Shown here piece after piece: positions 38,794 through 48,657 of a stretch of 64,000 nt of DNA (position 1 is its first letter; each line of letters opens with the position of its first letter). Below the pieces are notes generated by a model. That model had not been told where the DNA came from and did no database searches. It saw only the letters and a list, made by a program, of their open reading frames with translations. The DNA comes from an uncultured Methanosarcinales archaeon. Lineage in GTDB: Archaea > Nanobdellota > Nanobdellia > Woesearchaeales > GW2011-AR9. The stretch lies in the NCBI GenBank assembly GCA_964343575.1, contig CAYFJV010000002.1, positions 257,585-321,584 of the forward strand, read 5' to 3'. A program made the position numbers and the translations under genes.

Positions 38794-39789
38794 CTAGAAA
38801 TGTTTTCCATCGTACACAATTCTTGATCCGTCAAAATCAAATTTGAATTGCATGTAAGATAATCCTTCCTTTTCAAGGGCAGCTTTTACTCTGTCGTGGT
38901 TTCTTTCAACATAAACCATCAGAAAACCTCCTCCACCAGCTCCGATAAGTTTTCCACCTAGGGCCCCGTTCTCCATAGCTAAAGAATACCACTTGTTAAT
39001 CTCAGGATTAGACATCTTCGCAGAGATTCCTCTTTTCAGCTCCCAATGTACATGAAGAAGTCTCCCAAAGCGAGAGAGATCTCCTTTCTCAAGAGCTTTA
39101 AGACTCTCTTCGCCAATCTTTTTAATTTCATGATAGTAATTGAAAATATCTTCTTCATCTCTCTTTTCTGCCTTTTCTTTTTGGTGTGCAAGAATGCCAA
39201 TTGAAGATCTTCTGAAACCAGTGTAAAAGAGCATAAGGTTTTGCTCTAACTCTTTTACTTTTTCATGAGAAATGTTAATTGGGGTTACTGTTACCCTTCC
39301 TGTTTTACTAATCTTGAGGTGGTTGAGACCGCCAAAAGCTGAAGCGTATTGGTCTTGTTTCCCACAAGGTTCTTTAAGAATATCCATGGTGATATGAGAT
39401 GTATCTTCAGCAAGTTTGTACCTTGATACCATTTCTCCGTTAGAGTAATTTAGAGCGTTGAGTAATCCAACGGTAAAGGCAGAAGAAGATCCGAGTCCGG
39501 TTCCAGAAGGAACAGTCATAGTAGAATGAATTTCAGCTGCATCTTTGATCTTGCTCAGCAAGAGAGCCTCTCTAATCAGAGGATGCTGAATTTCCTTAAT
39601 GTCTTCAACGACTTCTGTTTTTGCATAATTGAGCTTGAAATCTTTTTCAACTCTTGGACTAACGGTAAGATACACATATTGGTTGATTGCAGCGGTTACC
39701 AAAGACCCACCAAATTTGTTAGCATAAAAAGGAAGGTCTGTTCCGCCACCACCAAGGCTTATTCGTAATGGAGTTCTAGAAACGATCAT
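38794..39789 (-). CDS. hddA: D-glycero-alpha-D-manno-heptose-7-phosphate kinase (GHMP family)
   Basis: RTPLRISLGGGGTD, PSGTGLGSSS, GKQDQY, GGKLIGAGGGG. Confidence 0.85.
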   Translation of the reverse strand: MIVSRTPLRISLGGGGTDLPFYANKFGGSLVTAAINQYVYLTVSPRVEKDFKLNYAKTEVVEDIKEIQHPLIREALLLSKIKDAAEIHSTMTVPSGTGLGSSSAFTVGLLNALNYSNGEMVSRYKLAEDTSHITMDILKEPCGKQDQYASAFGGLNHLKISKTGRVTVTPINISHEKVKELEQNLMLFYTGFRRSSIGILAHQKEKAEKRDEEDIFNYYHEIKKIGEESLKALEKGDLSRFGRLLHVHWELKRGISAKMSNPEINKWYSLAMENGALGGKLIGAGGGGFLMVYVERNHDRVKAALEKEGLSYMQFKFDFDGSRIVYDGKHF

Positions 39790-39861
39790 TGTAAACACCT
39801 CAACATTTGTTTCTGTTACCCTTTCGCAAATTTTTGGTATTTAAATCTTATGCAAAAAAGT

Positions 39862-40452
39862 TTATAAAGTGTTTTTTGAACTAAAAAGAAATTCAACTGC
39901 TTCTAAAAGATCTTCTTTGTTTGCATCTGGCTTGGTGGTTATGTTTTGTTCTTGTTTTGCTCCTGAACCACCGCCGCTTTGCAAGAGAATAGTTTTACAT
40001 CCTGCGGCTTTACCTGCAGTAATGTCACTCTTAGAATCGCCAATCATCCAAGATTGTTCGAGATCTATTGCGTATTCTGCTGCAGCTTTGCGTAGCATGC
40101 CAGGTTTTGGTTTTCTACAGTCACAGTTTATTTTTAATTCTGGAACTTCTCCTTCAAAGCCTTTCTCTGGATGATGTGGACAAATATAGAATGCTTCTAT
40201 TTGAGCACTTGGCTCTTGTTTTTTGATCTCTTGCAGTATTTTTTTATTTATCTCGTTGATGTCTTCAAGAGTGCAAAAACCTTTTGCCACAATGGGTTGG
40301 TTGGTAACCACAACACACAGAAAATTGTTCTGGTTAATTTTCTTTATTGCTTGGGCAACATTTGGGAGTAGTTTTACTTGTTCTTCTCTGATGAGGTCCT
40401 TTACATTCTCATTGATGACTCCGTCACGATCAAGAAAGATAGCCTTTTTCAT
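39862..40452 (-). CDS. gmhB: Heptose-1,7-bisphosphate phosphatase (HAD IIIA)
   Basis: FLDRDGVIN, VTNQ, CPHHP..CDCRKPKPGM, MIGDSKSD. Confidence 0.9.
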   Translation of the reverse strand: MKKAIFLDRDGVINENVKDLIREEQVKLLPNVAQAIKKINQNNFLCVVVTNQPIVAKGFCTLEDINEINKKILQEIKKQEPSAQIEAFYICPHHPEKGFEGEVPELKINCDCRKPKPGMLRKAAAEYAIDLEQSWMIGDSKSDITAGKAAGCKTILLQSGGGSGAKQEQNITTKPDANKEDLLEAVEFLFSSKNTL

Positions 40453-41210
40453 TGGAGAATTTCCTGCTTAGCTTTGAAAGCTTCTAAGAACTTCTGATAT
40501 TTCTCTGTTCTTCCAAGTTCATGATAAAACTCCTCTGTTGGGTAACCATATACTTCTTTATTCTGCGCAAGAAGTGTTGGAATAAGTTCTTTTGAGAAAT
40601 CGTATTTCTTGTTTTCTGGGATGTGCTTGAAGATCTTTGCACTGCATGCAAAAATACCATTGTTCGCGTATATCTTTTTTCCTAGCTCTTGTACTCTGTT
40701 GACTTCTTCTTGGCTTGGTTTTTCCTTGAAGGTTGTCATCTTATTGCTTTTTTCTAGAAGAATAAGGTCAGATTTTCTTTCTTTCTTTTTATCTACTCTT
40801 AAGCAAAGAGTCATTAAGGCATTATTTTTTTTGTGAGAAGAAATAAACTTGTCGAAATCCATACTTGTGAAATTGTCTCCATAGAAGACTATGAAATTCT
40901 CTTCTGGAGAGAAGAGCTTTTGACTTAGTTTTACTGAGCCCGCTGTTCCTCTTAACTCTTCCTGCTCTTCAACAAAGGTGATATCGTACTTGTCTTTGGC
41001 ATGTTTTTCAAAGTGTTCTTTTACCTTCTCTGCGAGGTGTGCTATACAGAAAATGAACTCGCTGTAGCCTTTTTTCTTGAAGAAACGTAGCTGTCTTTCT
41101 ATCAGGGGCATACCATTGATATCAACAAGACATTTTGGGATCGTCTCAGTTATGGGGTGCATTCGGGTTCCAAGTCCCCCTGCAACAATAATTATTCTTT
41201 CTTTCACCAC
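40449..41210 (-). CDS. hddC: Sugar-1-phosphate nucleotidyltransferase (HddC-like)
   Basis: AGGLGTRM.P.T..IPK, GTAGS, FYGD, FKEKP; directly upstream of gmhB and hddA. Confidence 0.75.
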   Translation of the reverse strand: MVKERIIIVAGGLGTRMHPITETIPKCLVDINGMPLIERQLRFFKKKGYSEFIFCIAHLAEKVKEHFEKHAKDKYDITFVEEQEELRGTAGSVKLSQKLFSPEENFIVFYGDNFTSMDFDKFISSHKKNNALMTLCLRVDKKKERKSDLILLEKSNKMTTFKEKPSQEEVNRVQELGKKIYANNGIFACSAKIFKHIPENKKYDFSKELIPTLLAQNKEVYGYPTEEFYHELGRTEKYQKFLEAFKAKQEILQ

Positions 41211-41222
41211 TCCTCGCCCCTC

Positions 41223-41987
41223 TTATTTCAGTTTTCCTTTAAGGTCTCTAAAACGCATCTTTAGAAGATCTACTGGATCGAAGAGAACACATTTGAGTAA
41301 ATTAATCCTTGAATCTTCATCATCTTCCCAACGTACTGGAAGTTCTTTTATCTTGTGGCCCCTTCTTTTTGCAATAAGAAGAGCCTCAACGTCAAACATG
41401 CCCCCCTCTGTTTCTACATTCTTGAAAATCTCTCTTGCCTTTTCACCTTCAAAACATTTGAAACCGCACTGGGTATCTTTGATATGCATTAAGTGAGGAA
41501 TAATAATATTCTTAGTAAGATTAAAGCCTTTAGTTAAGAAGAGTCTGTGAGGCGGCGCCTTTTTTGTTACTTTTGATTGAGCAAGAGCTCTTGAACCAAT
41601 TGCGATGTGGGCCCCTTGCTGAATTTCTCTCTCAAGAATCTCAAAGTCTTCAATGGGTGTTGAAAAATCTGCATCGGTAAATAAGACTAGTTTCCCAGAA
41701 GAGTTGAGAATACCTTCTTTGATGGAGTAACCTTTTCCTTTCCTTTCTTCATGTGTGAAAAACTGGGTGTTATGTCCTTTGAGCATTTCTCTTGCAATCT
41801 CAACAGTTCCATCACTGGAACCCCCATCTGCAATGATGATCTCAGAGCTGATTTCTTTTTTCTCAAGATAATTTTTTAGAGAAGTAAGTGACCTTTCAAT
41901 TCTTCCTTTTTCGTTAAAGGTGGGAATAATGATACTTAAGTCGGGTTGTGGCTGGTTTTCCTGCAACTCTTGTGTTGGTTCTTGCAT
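41223..41987 (-). CDS. GT2 dolichyl-phosphate glycosyltransferase (Alg5-like)
   Basis: IIPTFNE, GKGYSIKEG, FTDAD.STP, DTQCGFKCF, FDVE. Confidence 0.88.
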   Translation of the reverse strand: MQEPTQELQENQPQPDLSIIIPTFNEKGRIERSLTSLKNYLEKKEISSEIIIADGGSSDGTVEIAREMLKGHNTQFFTHEERKGKGYSIKEGILNSSGKLVLFTDADFSTPIEDFEILEREIQQGAHIAIGSRALAQSKVTKKAPPHRLFLTKGFNLTKNIIIPHLMHIKDTQCGFKCFEGEKAREIFKNVETEGGMFDVEALLIAKRRGHKIKELPVRWEDDEDSRINLLKCVLFDPVDLLKMRFRDLKGKLK

Positions 41988-42031
41988 GATAATATCCTCT
42001 TTTTCTCCCTTTAAATACTTAGTGAAAGTAG

Positions 42032-42490
42032 CTAACTAAAGTATTTCTTGTTGAAAGTAATTTTTGAATGTAGAAGATAATTTATCAAAAAAACAAGGAA
42101 GGTTACCATTATTCTACTTATCATCTTGTGTACGAGCAAAACATCTACAAAGAGGTAAAGAAGTGCAGAGCTCATGGCAAGTGAGCTTAGAGCAACGATT
42201 AAGAATGCAGAGAATTGGGTGAAGATTTCTTTTGAGCTGCAACGAAAGGTGAATACTTTGTTTAAAGTGTAATGCACAATTGAAGCCAAACTAAAAGCAG
42301 TGATTAGAGCGAACATATGGTGTGCTTGGAGAAGGATTGCTAAAACGAAAAAAGTGATCCAATCAATGAGTGTTGCAGTAACTCCAACAAGAAAGTAGCG
42401 GTTAAACTGCTTTTTTAGGCTCATCAGTTCAAGAAGCTTTGTGAGCAATGCTTCTCTTTTCCCTCTTCTTTTTTCCTTTATGCCTTCCAT
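42032..42490 (-). CDS. GtrA-family lipid-sugar flippase
   Basis: RYFLVG..ATLID, YTLNKVFTF, INYL....TF; four TM. Confidence 0.82.
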   Translation of the reverse strand: MEGIKEKRRGKREALLTKLLELMSLKKQFNRYFLVGVTATLIDWITFFVLAILLQAHHMFALITAFSLASIVHYTLNKVFTFRCSSKEIFTQFSAFLIVALSSLAMSSALLYLFVDVLLVHKMISRIMVTFLVFLINYLLHSKITFNKKYFS

Positions 42491-42601
42491 TCTTGCTTTA
42501 CTCTGGACAAGGGAATGATCAAAAGTGCTCTTAAAAAGCTTATGTTTTTGAGAATCAGTCGCTACACTTGTTCTGCCTATTTTGAGAAGAAGTTCTTATT
42601 T

Positions 42602-43708
42602 TTATCCTCTTCTTGCAAGTCTTTCTTTGGTAATGTTTAGAATTTGTTGGCTTGTTGTACCGTCTCCAAAAGGATTTTGCCAGTTTCTTTCTTTACTCAT
42701 CATTTCTTCGGCTGCCTGAAGAATGCCTCCTGCGCTCGTTCCTGCTACTTTATTTGCTCCAACCTCTACTGTCTCTGGACGCTCAGTACTTTTCCTCACG
42801 GTGATACAAGGGGTTTGTAAAATACAAGCTTCTTCTTGAAGTCCTCCTGAGTCAGTTGCCACTAGAGCAGCGTTGTTTTGTAGGAAAAGGCAGTCAAGAT
42901 AATTGATGGGGTCAAGAAGTGTGATGTTCCCTGGTACGTTTAAGTTGAATTCTTCAATACGCTTTTTTGCTCTTGGGTGGATGGGATAAATGATTTCTTT
43001 GTTGAACTTCTCTTGAAGTTTTCCAAGGCCATTGAGTATCTCTTGGAAAGTTTCTTTGTTATCGACGTTCTCTTGCCGGTGGATTGTTGTAAAGATGAAG
43101 CCATTTTTTTCTAGGTGGGGGAGTTGTTTTTTAATTGCAGCATTCTGCTCAGCAATGTCTCGCATACCAAGCACGGCATCCACTATGGTGTTTCCCACAA
43201 CGTGCACTCTTTCTTCGGGAGCCTTCTCTCTTTGAAGGATCTCTTTTTGTAGCTCTGTTGGAGCAAAGAGAAGGTCTGATTCATGGTCTGCTAGAATTCT
43301 ATTTGCTTCTTCTGGCATACGTTTATCATAGCTTCTCAAACCCGCTTCTACATGGGCGACCAGAACATTGTTTCGCGATCCGGCAAGTGCTCCGGCAAGC
43401 ACGGTGTTGGTGTCTCCTTGCACAAAAATAACATCGGGTTTCTCTTTTTGTATGATCTGATCTAACTTAATGAGGATCTCTCCAATCTGGCTCGCATGTG
43501 GCTTTGATCCAACCTCTAGATTGTATCTTGGATCTGGAACTTGAAGATCTTGAAAGAACATTCGATCAAGATTGTAAGAATAATGCTGGCCAGAATGGAT
43601 TATAAAAAAGTCGTCTCCTTCTTTTTGGAAGAGTTTAACAAGTGCGCTGAGCTTAATAATTTCTGGCCTGGTACCGACCAAGACACAAAACTTGTGTTTT
43701 CCCGTCAT
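42602..43708 (-). CDS. wecB: UDP-N-acetylglucosamine 2-epimerase (non-hydrolysing)
   Basis: GTRPEIIK, HSGQHY, QGDTNT, HVEAGLRS, PEEANR, TDSGGLQEEA, ERPE. Confidence 0.92.
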   Translation of the reverse strand: MTGKHKFCVLVGTRPEIIKLSALVKLFQKEGDDFFIIHSGQHYSYNLDRMFFQDLQVPDPRYNLEVGSKPHASQIGEILIKLDQIIQKEKPDVIFVQGDTNTVLAGALAGSRNNVLVAHVEAGLRSYDKRMPEEANRILADHESDLLFAPTELQKEILQREKAPEERVHVVGNTIVDAVLGMRDIAEQNAAIKKQLPHLEKNGFIFTTIHRQENVDNKETFQEILNGLGKLQEKFNKEIIYPIHPRAKKRIEEFNLNVPGNITLLDPINYLDCLFLQNNAALVATDSGGLQEEACILQTPCITVRKSTERPETVEVGANKVAGTSAGGILQAAEEMMSKERNWQNPFGDGTTSQQILNITKERLARRG

Positions 43709-43733
43709 CTTTTTCTTCTTGTTTTGTAGTTTA

Positions 43734-44510
43734 TTATTTCTTGCTTCTTTTTTTCTCTCTTTTCCACTTTCTAATGTTGTTTAGAAGCCGTAGGTGATTT
43801 TTGATTTCTTTTACATTGTTGAGCTTTGATTCTCCAAATTCTCTCACGGTGAGCTCTGCTGGAATCTCTGCAAAACTCTTGTTGTTTAGAATGAGTTTAG
43901 TCATAATCTCAGCATTAATATCAAAGGCAGTGGTTGTGAGCTCTAGATTTTTGAGATCTGCTGTCTTATAGAGTTTAAAGATCGGACTAATTGCTGTGAA
44001 TTTCTTCCCAAGCATTACTGAGTAAAGATTGTTACAGCTTTGGCTGAGAAACTTTCTGTGCCATTGAATGGTTTCATCAAAGCCAGCAAGTGTTGGGCTT
44101 CCTACAATAAAATCTGTTTGATGTTTCTCTTTTGCTTGGAAAAGATTTCTGATCATCTTTGGATGAAAGGTAAAGTCAGAATCAATAGTTACTGTGTACT
44201 CCTTACTTGCATGGTTGATTCCAGTACGCACTGCCGCTCCGAGCCCTTTGTTTTTTTCATGTACTGCTACCTTAAGATTGTTTGGATATTTTTCTTGCAG
44301 AGCATGCAATTTTTCTTTAGTTTTATCTGAGCTCCCATCGTCTACAGCAATAACTTCATAGTCATAACCTTGCGCTTCTAATGTGGAGAAGAGTTCTTGC
44401 TCAAAACGATCAATGTTTTCTTCTTCGTTAAAACAAGGGGCAATGACACTTAAGCTAGCTCTGTTTGTTTCTTGTTTTTCACTGTGCTTTTGTTCTTTTC
44501 TCTCTTCCAT
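43734..44510 (-). CDS. GT2 glycosyltransferase
   Basis: APCFNEE, VDDGSSD, NKGLGAA, IDSD, REFGESK. Confidence 0.88.
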   Translation of the reverse strand: MEERKEQKHSEKQETNRASLSVIAPCFNEEENIDRFEQELFSTLEAQGYDYEVIAVDDGSSDKTKEKLHALQEKYPNNLKVAVHEKNKGLGAAVRTGINHASKEYTVTIDSDFTFHPKMIRNLFQAKEKHQTDFIVGSPTLAGFDETIQWHRKFLSQSCNNLYSVMLGKKFTAISPIFKLYKTADLKNLELTTTAFDINAEIMTKLILNNKSFAEIPAELTVREFGESKLNNVKEIKNHLRLLNNIRKWKREKKRSKK

Positions 44511-44541
44511 TTTTTCCACTTCTCTTATGACTGGGGTCTGG

Positions 44542-46257
44542 TTATGATATTTTCTTGTAGATCTCTACGGTTGGAGAGATGTAAAATCCTTCAAAATAAG
44601 GATCGAGGAAGCGATAGTATCCTTTATTTATAAATTTTGAATCAAAAGATTTGACCAGTTCATAACTTTGGCCCCCCCTTACTTCTTCTCTAACTGCTCT
44701 TTTGTTAAGATTTTCTTCAGTTGCTTCAATATAACGAAAATATTCTTTATCTGCAATGGTCGTAAACACTATGTAGTCTGGTGGATTTGTTTCCAACTCT
44801 GCAAGAGAGTTTGGAATTTCTCCTAAGTTAAGCTCCCCAGGTAGACGTACAGAATCTCCATCTGTAAACGTGGCTTGAGAAACAATGCTTGCCCCGGGTT
44901 CAGTGAAGCTGAGGATCCAGTCTGCGGCAAAATCTCTATTATCTTCGGTAAAACGATGCGTTGTGCTAGTCGTGAAGGCAGCAGTGTAAACTAGTACGAA
45001 GATGAGTAGGGCTGCTGCTAGTTTTTTATAGGAAAAGTATCCTGAAAGAGGCCCTAGATGGGAAGTTTTGTTCTTTGTTTTTATCTTGTCCATCTTGGCT
45101 CCTTTTTTCCAAAGCTGCTCAAAAAGAAGTGCTGCACAGATTGTTGCCACAGGGACAAGTGGAATAAGATAACGATAGTAAATCTGTAGCCAAGTAATCC
45201 CTACAATAAAAAGGTAAGGAAGAATAAATGAGAGTAATAAGAGATCTTCTTTTCTCCTTTTATGGAGTAGGAGTAGGGTCCCTAGGGCTACGCTTAGGAA
45301 GAGTGCAACTCCGAGAATGAATTGGGGACTTATGATTGTGCTATAGACCAGTTTGGTGAGCATCCACGGGTTTGCTTTTATGATCTCTACTCCAGCTTCT
45401 GTTCCTCCTGAAGCAAAGAACTTTGTTGTGTAACGTTGGAACATATCAAAAAGGTTCGGACTTAAAAGGAAAGGAAGTGCTATGAGCATTGCAAGAAGGT
45501 AGGCGAGATTCTTGTTCCAAAATATTTTTTTAGCCTCTTTTATCTTTGAGAATAACTCTTTGAAGGAGATTTTTGTTTCTGAGTTTGTTTTGAAGCGCAA
45601 AAATTCTGCTGCGAAAGGAAAAAGAAAAGCAATCCCTGCATTTGCTTTTGTTGTGAACGAAAATACTGCGCAGATGCCTGCAAGGAGGTACCAGTGCATT
45701 TTTTCTTCTCCTTCTTTTTGCTTAAGGATTTTTGCTGAGAAAAGCAAGGTGAGTGTTACCCAAAGCATGGCTGGAATGTCGTTGTAGAGATAATGGCTGT
45801 TCCAAATGATGATCGGGCAGATTGCAAGAAAGGTTGCTGCAAGAAGTCCAACTTTTTTATTGTAAAGTTCTTTTCCCAAAAGATAAGTTACTGGAATTGT
45901 TACTAAAGCAAAGACAGCTGAAATCTTTCTCCCTAAAAGGTAGAGTGGCACCGTGTTGTTATTTGCCAAAAGATAGAGAACTTGCTCTTCTCCAAGGAAG
46001 ACTCTGAAAAGTGAACTGAGAATTTTTACATGAAAAAGTGGTTGCGTGAGCATCCAATCACTCAGATCCATCTGTAAGTCGACAAACTGGTTAAGAATTA
46101 CTCTTAGTAGAGCGAGCTCATCAGGATGATAGTTTAATCCAATCCCCCAGTTGATTCCCCAGGTCATGAGTTTCCAAGATAATAGCATTAGGGCAGCTAT
46201 TGCTAGCCAAGGTGGAAAGTCAAACTTTTTACTGAATGCTGTCTTTTTTTCTTCCAT
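44542..46257 (-). CDS. GT-C fold glycosyltransferase (ArnT/PMT_2-like)
   Basis: HPDE after TM1, GRKISA, LGKELYNKKVGL, YND, TK, RYLIPLVP. Confidence 0.82.
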   Translation of the reverse strand: MEEKKTAFSKKFDFPPWLAIAALMLLSWKLMTWGINWGIGLNYHPDELALLRVILNQFVDLQMDLSDWMLTQPLFHVKILSSLFRVFLGEEQVLYLLANNNTVPLYLLGRKISAVFALVTIPVTYLLGKELYNKKVGLLAATFLAICPIIIWNSHYLYNDIPAMLWVTLTLLFSAKILKQKEGEEKMHWYLLAGICAVFSFTTKANAGIAFLFPFAAEFLRFKTNSETKISFKELFSKIKEAKKIFWNKNLAYLLAMLIALPFLLSPNLFDMFQRYTTKFFASGGTEAGVEIIKANPWMLTKLVYSTIISPQFILGVALFLSVALGTLLLLHKRRKEDLLLLSFILPYLFIVGITWLQIYYRYLIPLVPVATICAALLFEQLWKKGAKMDKIKTKNKTSHLGPLSGYFSYKKLAAALLIFVLVYTAAFTTSTTHRFTEDNRDFAADWILSFTEPGASIVSQATFTDGDSVRLPGELNLGEIPNSLAELETNPPDYIVFTTIADKEYFRYIEATEENLNKRAVREEVRGGQSYELVKSFDSKFINKGYYRFLDPYFEGFYISPTVEIYKKIS

Positions 46258-46285
46258 TTTCTCTCTTCACGTTTTCTTCTCTTGT

Positions 46286-48046
46286 TTATGCTTCTTGGAG
46301 TTGTTCAGTGCTTGTGAGGCCCTCTGTTTCCTCTATTAATTTGAAAATGATGATCACTGGCGTGTTTGTCATCCCTTGTGGTGTAGGAACTTCTCTTTCA
46401 ACTAGGTGCACAATTCTAAAACCCAAGCTTTCAAAGTAGTTTATACTTTCTTGAGAGATTGGAAAATACCAACTTGCTTGTGTGTATTCCCAGATGTCAA
46501 TTTCTAAGTAGACCTCATGTTCTTGGCTTAGCGTGACCAAATCTGTTTCAAAATTGGAGCGATCTTGGGTGTAGCGTTCTGAGCGAAGATTCCACACCTT
46601 CCCACCTTCCTCAAATTCGTCGGGCCCCGCATAACCTTGCTCGCTAAAAGCCCTTACCATTCTTGGAGAACCCGCAAAAACAATAGCATCTTCTTCCATT
46701 GCGAATGAAAGCCATTCTCCTGCTTCTTGGTGTCCAAGATAGGAGTTGCTCCTTCCTTCAATGAGGGGATCCCCGATGTTGTAAAAACTTAGACAGAGAA
46801 GGAAGATTCCAAAGATGAGTGCTCCTGTGGCAAGCGTTTTGTTTTTGCTCATTAAAGCGAGATAACCTTCCGCTTCCCTAAGTGCGAAGGAGGCAAAGAG
46901 GATAGCGATTGGGATAAGTGGAAGTAAGTAACGATCAACGCTGCTAACCCCTACTTCAAAATAAATAGTGTAACAAAAGAAAAGGAGAGCAGGAAACAAG
47001 AACTCTTTTCTTTTGTACAAGTAAGCAAAGAAGAGTCCCAAGATGGCAAGAACAATAATATACCAAGAAAATACCCAAGGAAAAAATCCTAATACTTCAA
47101 AACCGTTCTCCATTCCTCTCATCAAAAAGATCCTTCCGAAGAGGCGCTCAAGGACACTCATTCCCGCAATGAGTCTTCCTAATATCTCCCCAAGGAAGAT
47201 GGTTCCGAGCGGAATGGCCCAAGAAAAGAGTTGTGGTTTTTTTATCATTTCTTTTTTATGGATTAATGCTGCGTAGATCGGTATTGCAAAAACAAAGACT
47301 GCTGCTTGAACTTTGGTGAGCATTGCAGCAAGAAAACTGAGTCCAAGCAAAATATGCCAAAATGCTTGTTGTTCTTTCTCTTTACTTTTTTCAGCTTTGG
47401 TGAAGCAGTACAAGATAAGTAAGAGCATCACAGTAACCGGACCATCTGCTAAGGGCCTTACTGTGTAGAACCAAAGAAGATAATGAAAAGCGAGTAGGGT
47501 GCTTGCAATAAGTCCTGCTTTCTTACCTATGAACTCTTTTGTTACAAGATACATAAGTAATACTCCCGTGAGTGCGTAGAGCACAGAAGTGATTTTTGCT
47601 GCAAGGAAGACGTCTTGCGTGAAAAGATAGAGAAAAGCAGTGATGCTCTGAGGAATAAAGTAATCTCCAAAAATGTACTCTGTTGAGAGAGCAAATAGTG
47701 GCTCTTGAGTTACTCTTGTTGCGTACCAAAGGTGCACAGCAGCATCATTCCAGATACTCTCTTGCCCAATGTGTTTAAGCCTTAAGAAAAAAGTGCTCAG
47801 TAAGATGATTAGAAGGCCAAGATGATAGGGGTCAGTGAAGAAGGAGATTGTTTTATCTTTTATGTTTGATTCTTGTTTGGATAGTTTTACTTGTTTTTTC
47901 ACAGGAGTTATCTTTGCAAGAGGAATTGCCTTGCCTTGTTTTTCGTCACCTCTTTGTGACGTTTCCTTATCCTCTTTGCTTTCTTTAGCACTCTCCTCCT
48001 TGGAGAGCAGAGAAATTTCTTCTTTAGTTACTTCTTTTATCCTCAT
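46286..48046 (-). CDS. GT-C fold glycosyltransferase (ArnT/PMT_2-like)
   Basis: Start taken as MRIKEV; ESIWNDAA, LAD, LTK, DRYLLPLIP; multi-TM. Confidence 0.8.
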   Translation of the reverse strand: MRIKEVTKEEISLLSKEESAKESKEDKETSQRGDEKQGKAIPLAKITPVKKQVKLSKQESNIKDKTISFFTDPYHLGLLIILLSTFFLRLKHIGQESIWNDAAVHLWYATRVTQEPLFALSTEYIFGDYFIPQSITAFLYLFTQDVFLAAKITSVLYALTGVLLMYLVTKEFIGKKAGLIASTLLAFHYLLWFYTVRPLADGPVTVMLLLILYCFTKAEKSKEKEQQAFWHILLGLSFLAAMLTKVQAAVFVFAIPIYAALIHKKEMIKKPQLFSWAIPLGTIFLGEILGRLIAGMSVLERLFGRIFLMRGMENGFEVLGFFPWVFSWYIIVLAILGLFFAYLYKRKEFLFPALLFFCYTIYFEVGVSSVDRYLLPLIPIAILFASFALREAEGYLALMSKNKTLATGALIFGIFLLCLSFYNIGDPLIEGRSNSYLGHQEAGEWLSFAMEEDAIVFAGSPRMVRAFSEQGYAGPDEFEEGGKVWNLRSERYTQDRSNFETDLVTLSQEHEVYLEIDIWEYTQASWYFPISQESINYFESLGFRIVHLVEREVPTPQGMTNTPVIIIFKLIEETEGLTSTEQLQEA

Positions 48047-48119
48047 AAAGAACCACTCCTTATCCTGCTGATTTTCTCTTTCCGAAGCTTTATAAACTTT
48101 GTCAAACCAAAGTGGGCTA

Positions 48120-48656
48120 ATGAGGCGAGAAAATCGAGTGGCTCCACGAAGATCTAAGAGGAGGAAAAAGGTCCTTGCTGTCCTTGGGATGGGTGGACAC
48201 ACTTCGCAGATGCTTCGCATGTTTACTCCTTTTCTTGATCAGTTTGAAGAGGATTATCGTTTTGAATATCTTGTTGGTCATGATGATAAAACTTCTGTTA
48301 ATAAGATCAAGAGAAAAGGTAAGGTTCATGTCATGCGTAATCCTCGTCTAATGACGGATAAGTCTATTACTAAGGTTGTTTTTAAAATGGTTCCAAGTAC
48401 TATTGATGCTTTTTTGGTGCTTTGGAGATCTAATCCTGACGTTGTGATTAGTGCTGGCCCTTCTATGACTATCCCTTTGTTTTGGTTGGCTAAGTTGATG
48501 GGAAGGAAAACTATTTTTATTGAATCTTGGGTCCGCGTTCATCATGGATCTATCACTGGTAGGTTGGTGTATCCTGTTTCTGATCTTTTTCTAGTACAGT
48601 GGGAGACCATGAAAAAACAATACCCAAGAGCAGTCTATGCTGGGAGGCTTTCTTAA
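48120..48656 (+). CDS. Alg14/PssD-like glycosyltransferase subunit
   Basis: LAVLGMGGHT (GxGGH), PDVVISAGP, IFIESW.RV..S.TG.LVY..SDLFLVQWE. Confidence 0.88.
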   Translation: MRRENRVAPRRSKRRKKVLAVLGMGGHTSQMLRMFTPFLDQFEEDYRFEYLVGHDDKTSVNKIKRKGKVHVMRNPRLMTDKSITKVVFKMVPSTIDAFLVLWRSNPDVVISAGPSMTIPLFWLAKLMGRKTIFIESWVRVHHGSITGRLVYPVSDLFLVQWETMKKQYPRAVYAGRLS

Positions 48657-48657
48657 G

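Noticed and set aside
42602..43708. Epimerase as the hydrolysing NeuC for sialic acid synthesis
   Set aside because: The motifs (GTRPEIIK, GQHY, PEEANR, GGLQEEA) are those of the non-hydrolysing WecB type.
48047..48220. Long N-terminal extension of the GT-C ORF overlapping the Alg14-like gene
   Set aside because: It spans the divergent promoter (GCTTTATAAAC) and the antisense strand of a real gene; ATG 48046 is more plausible.
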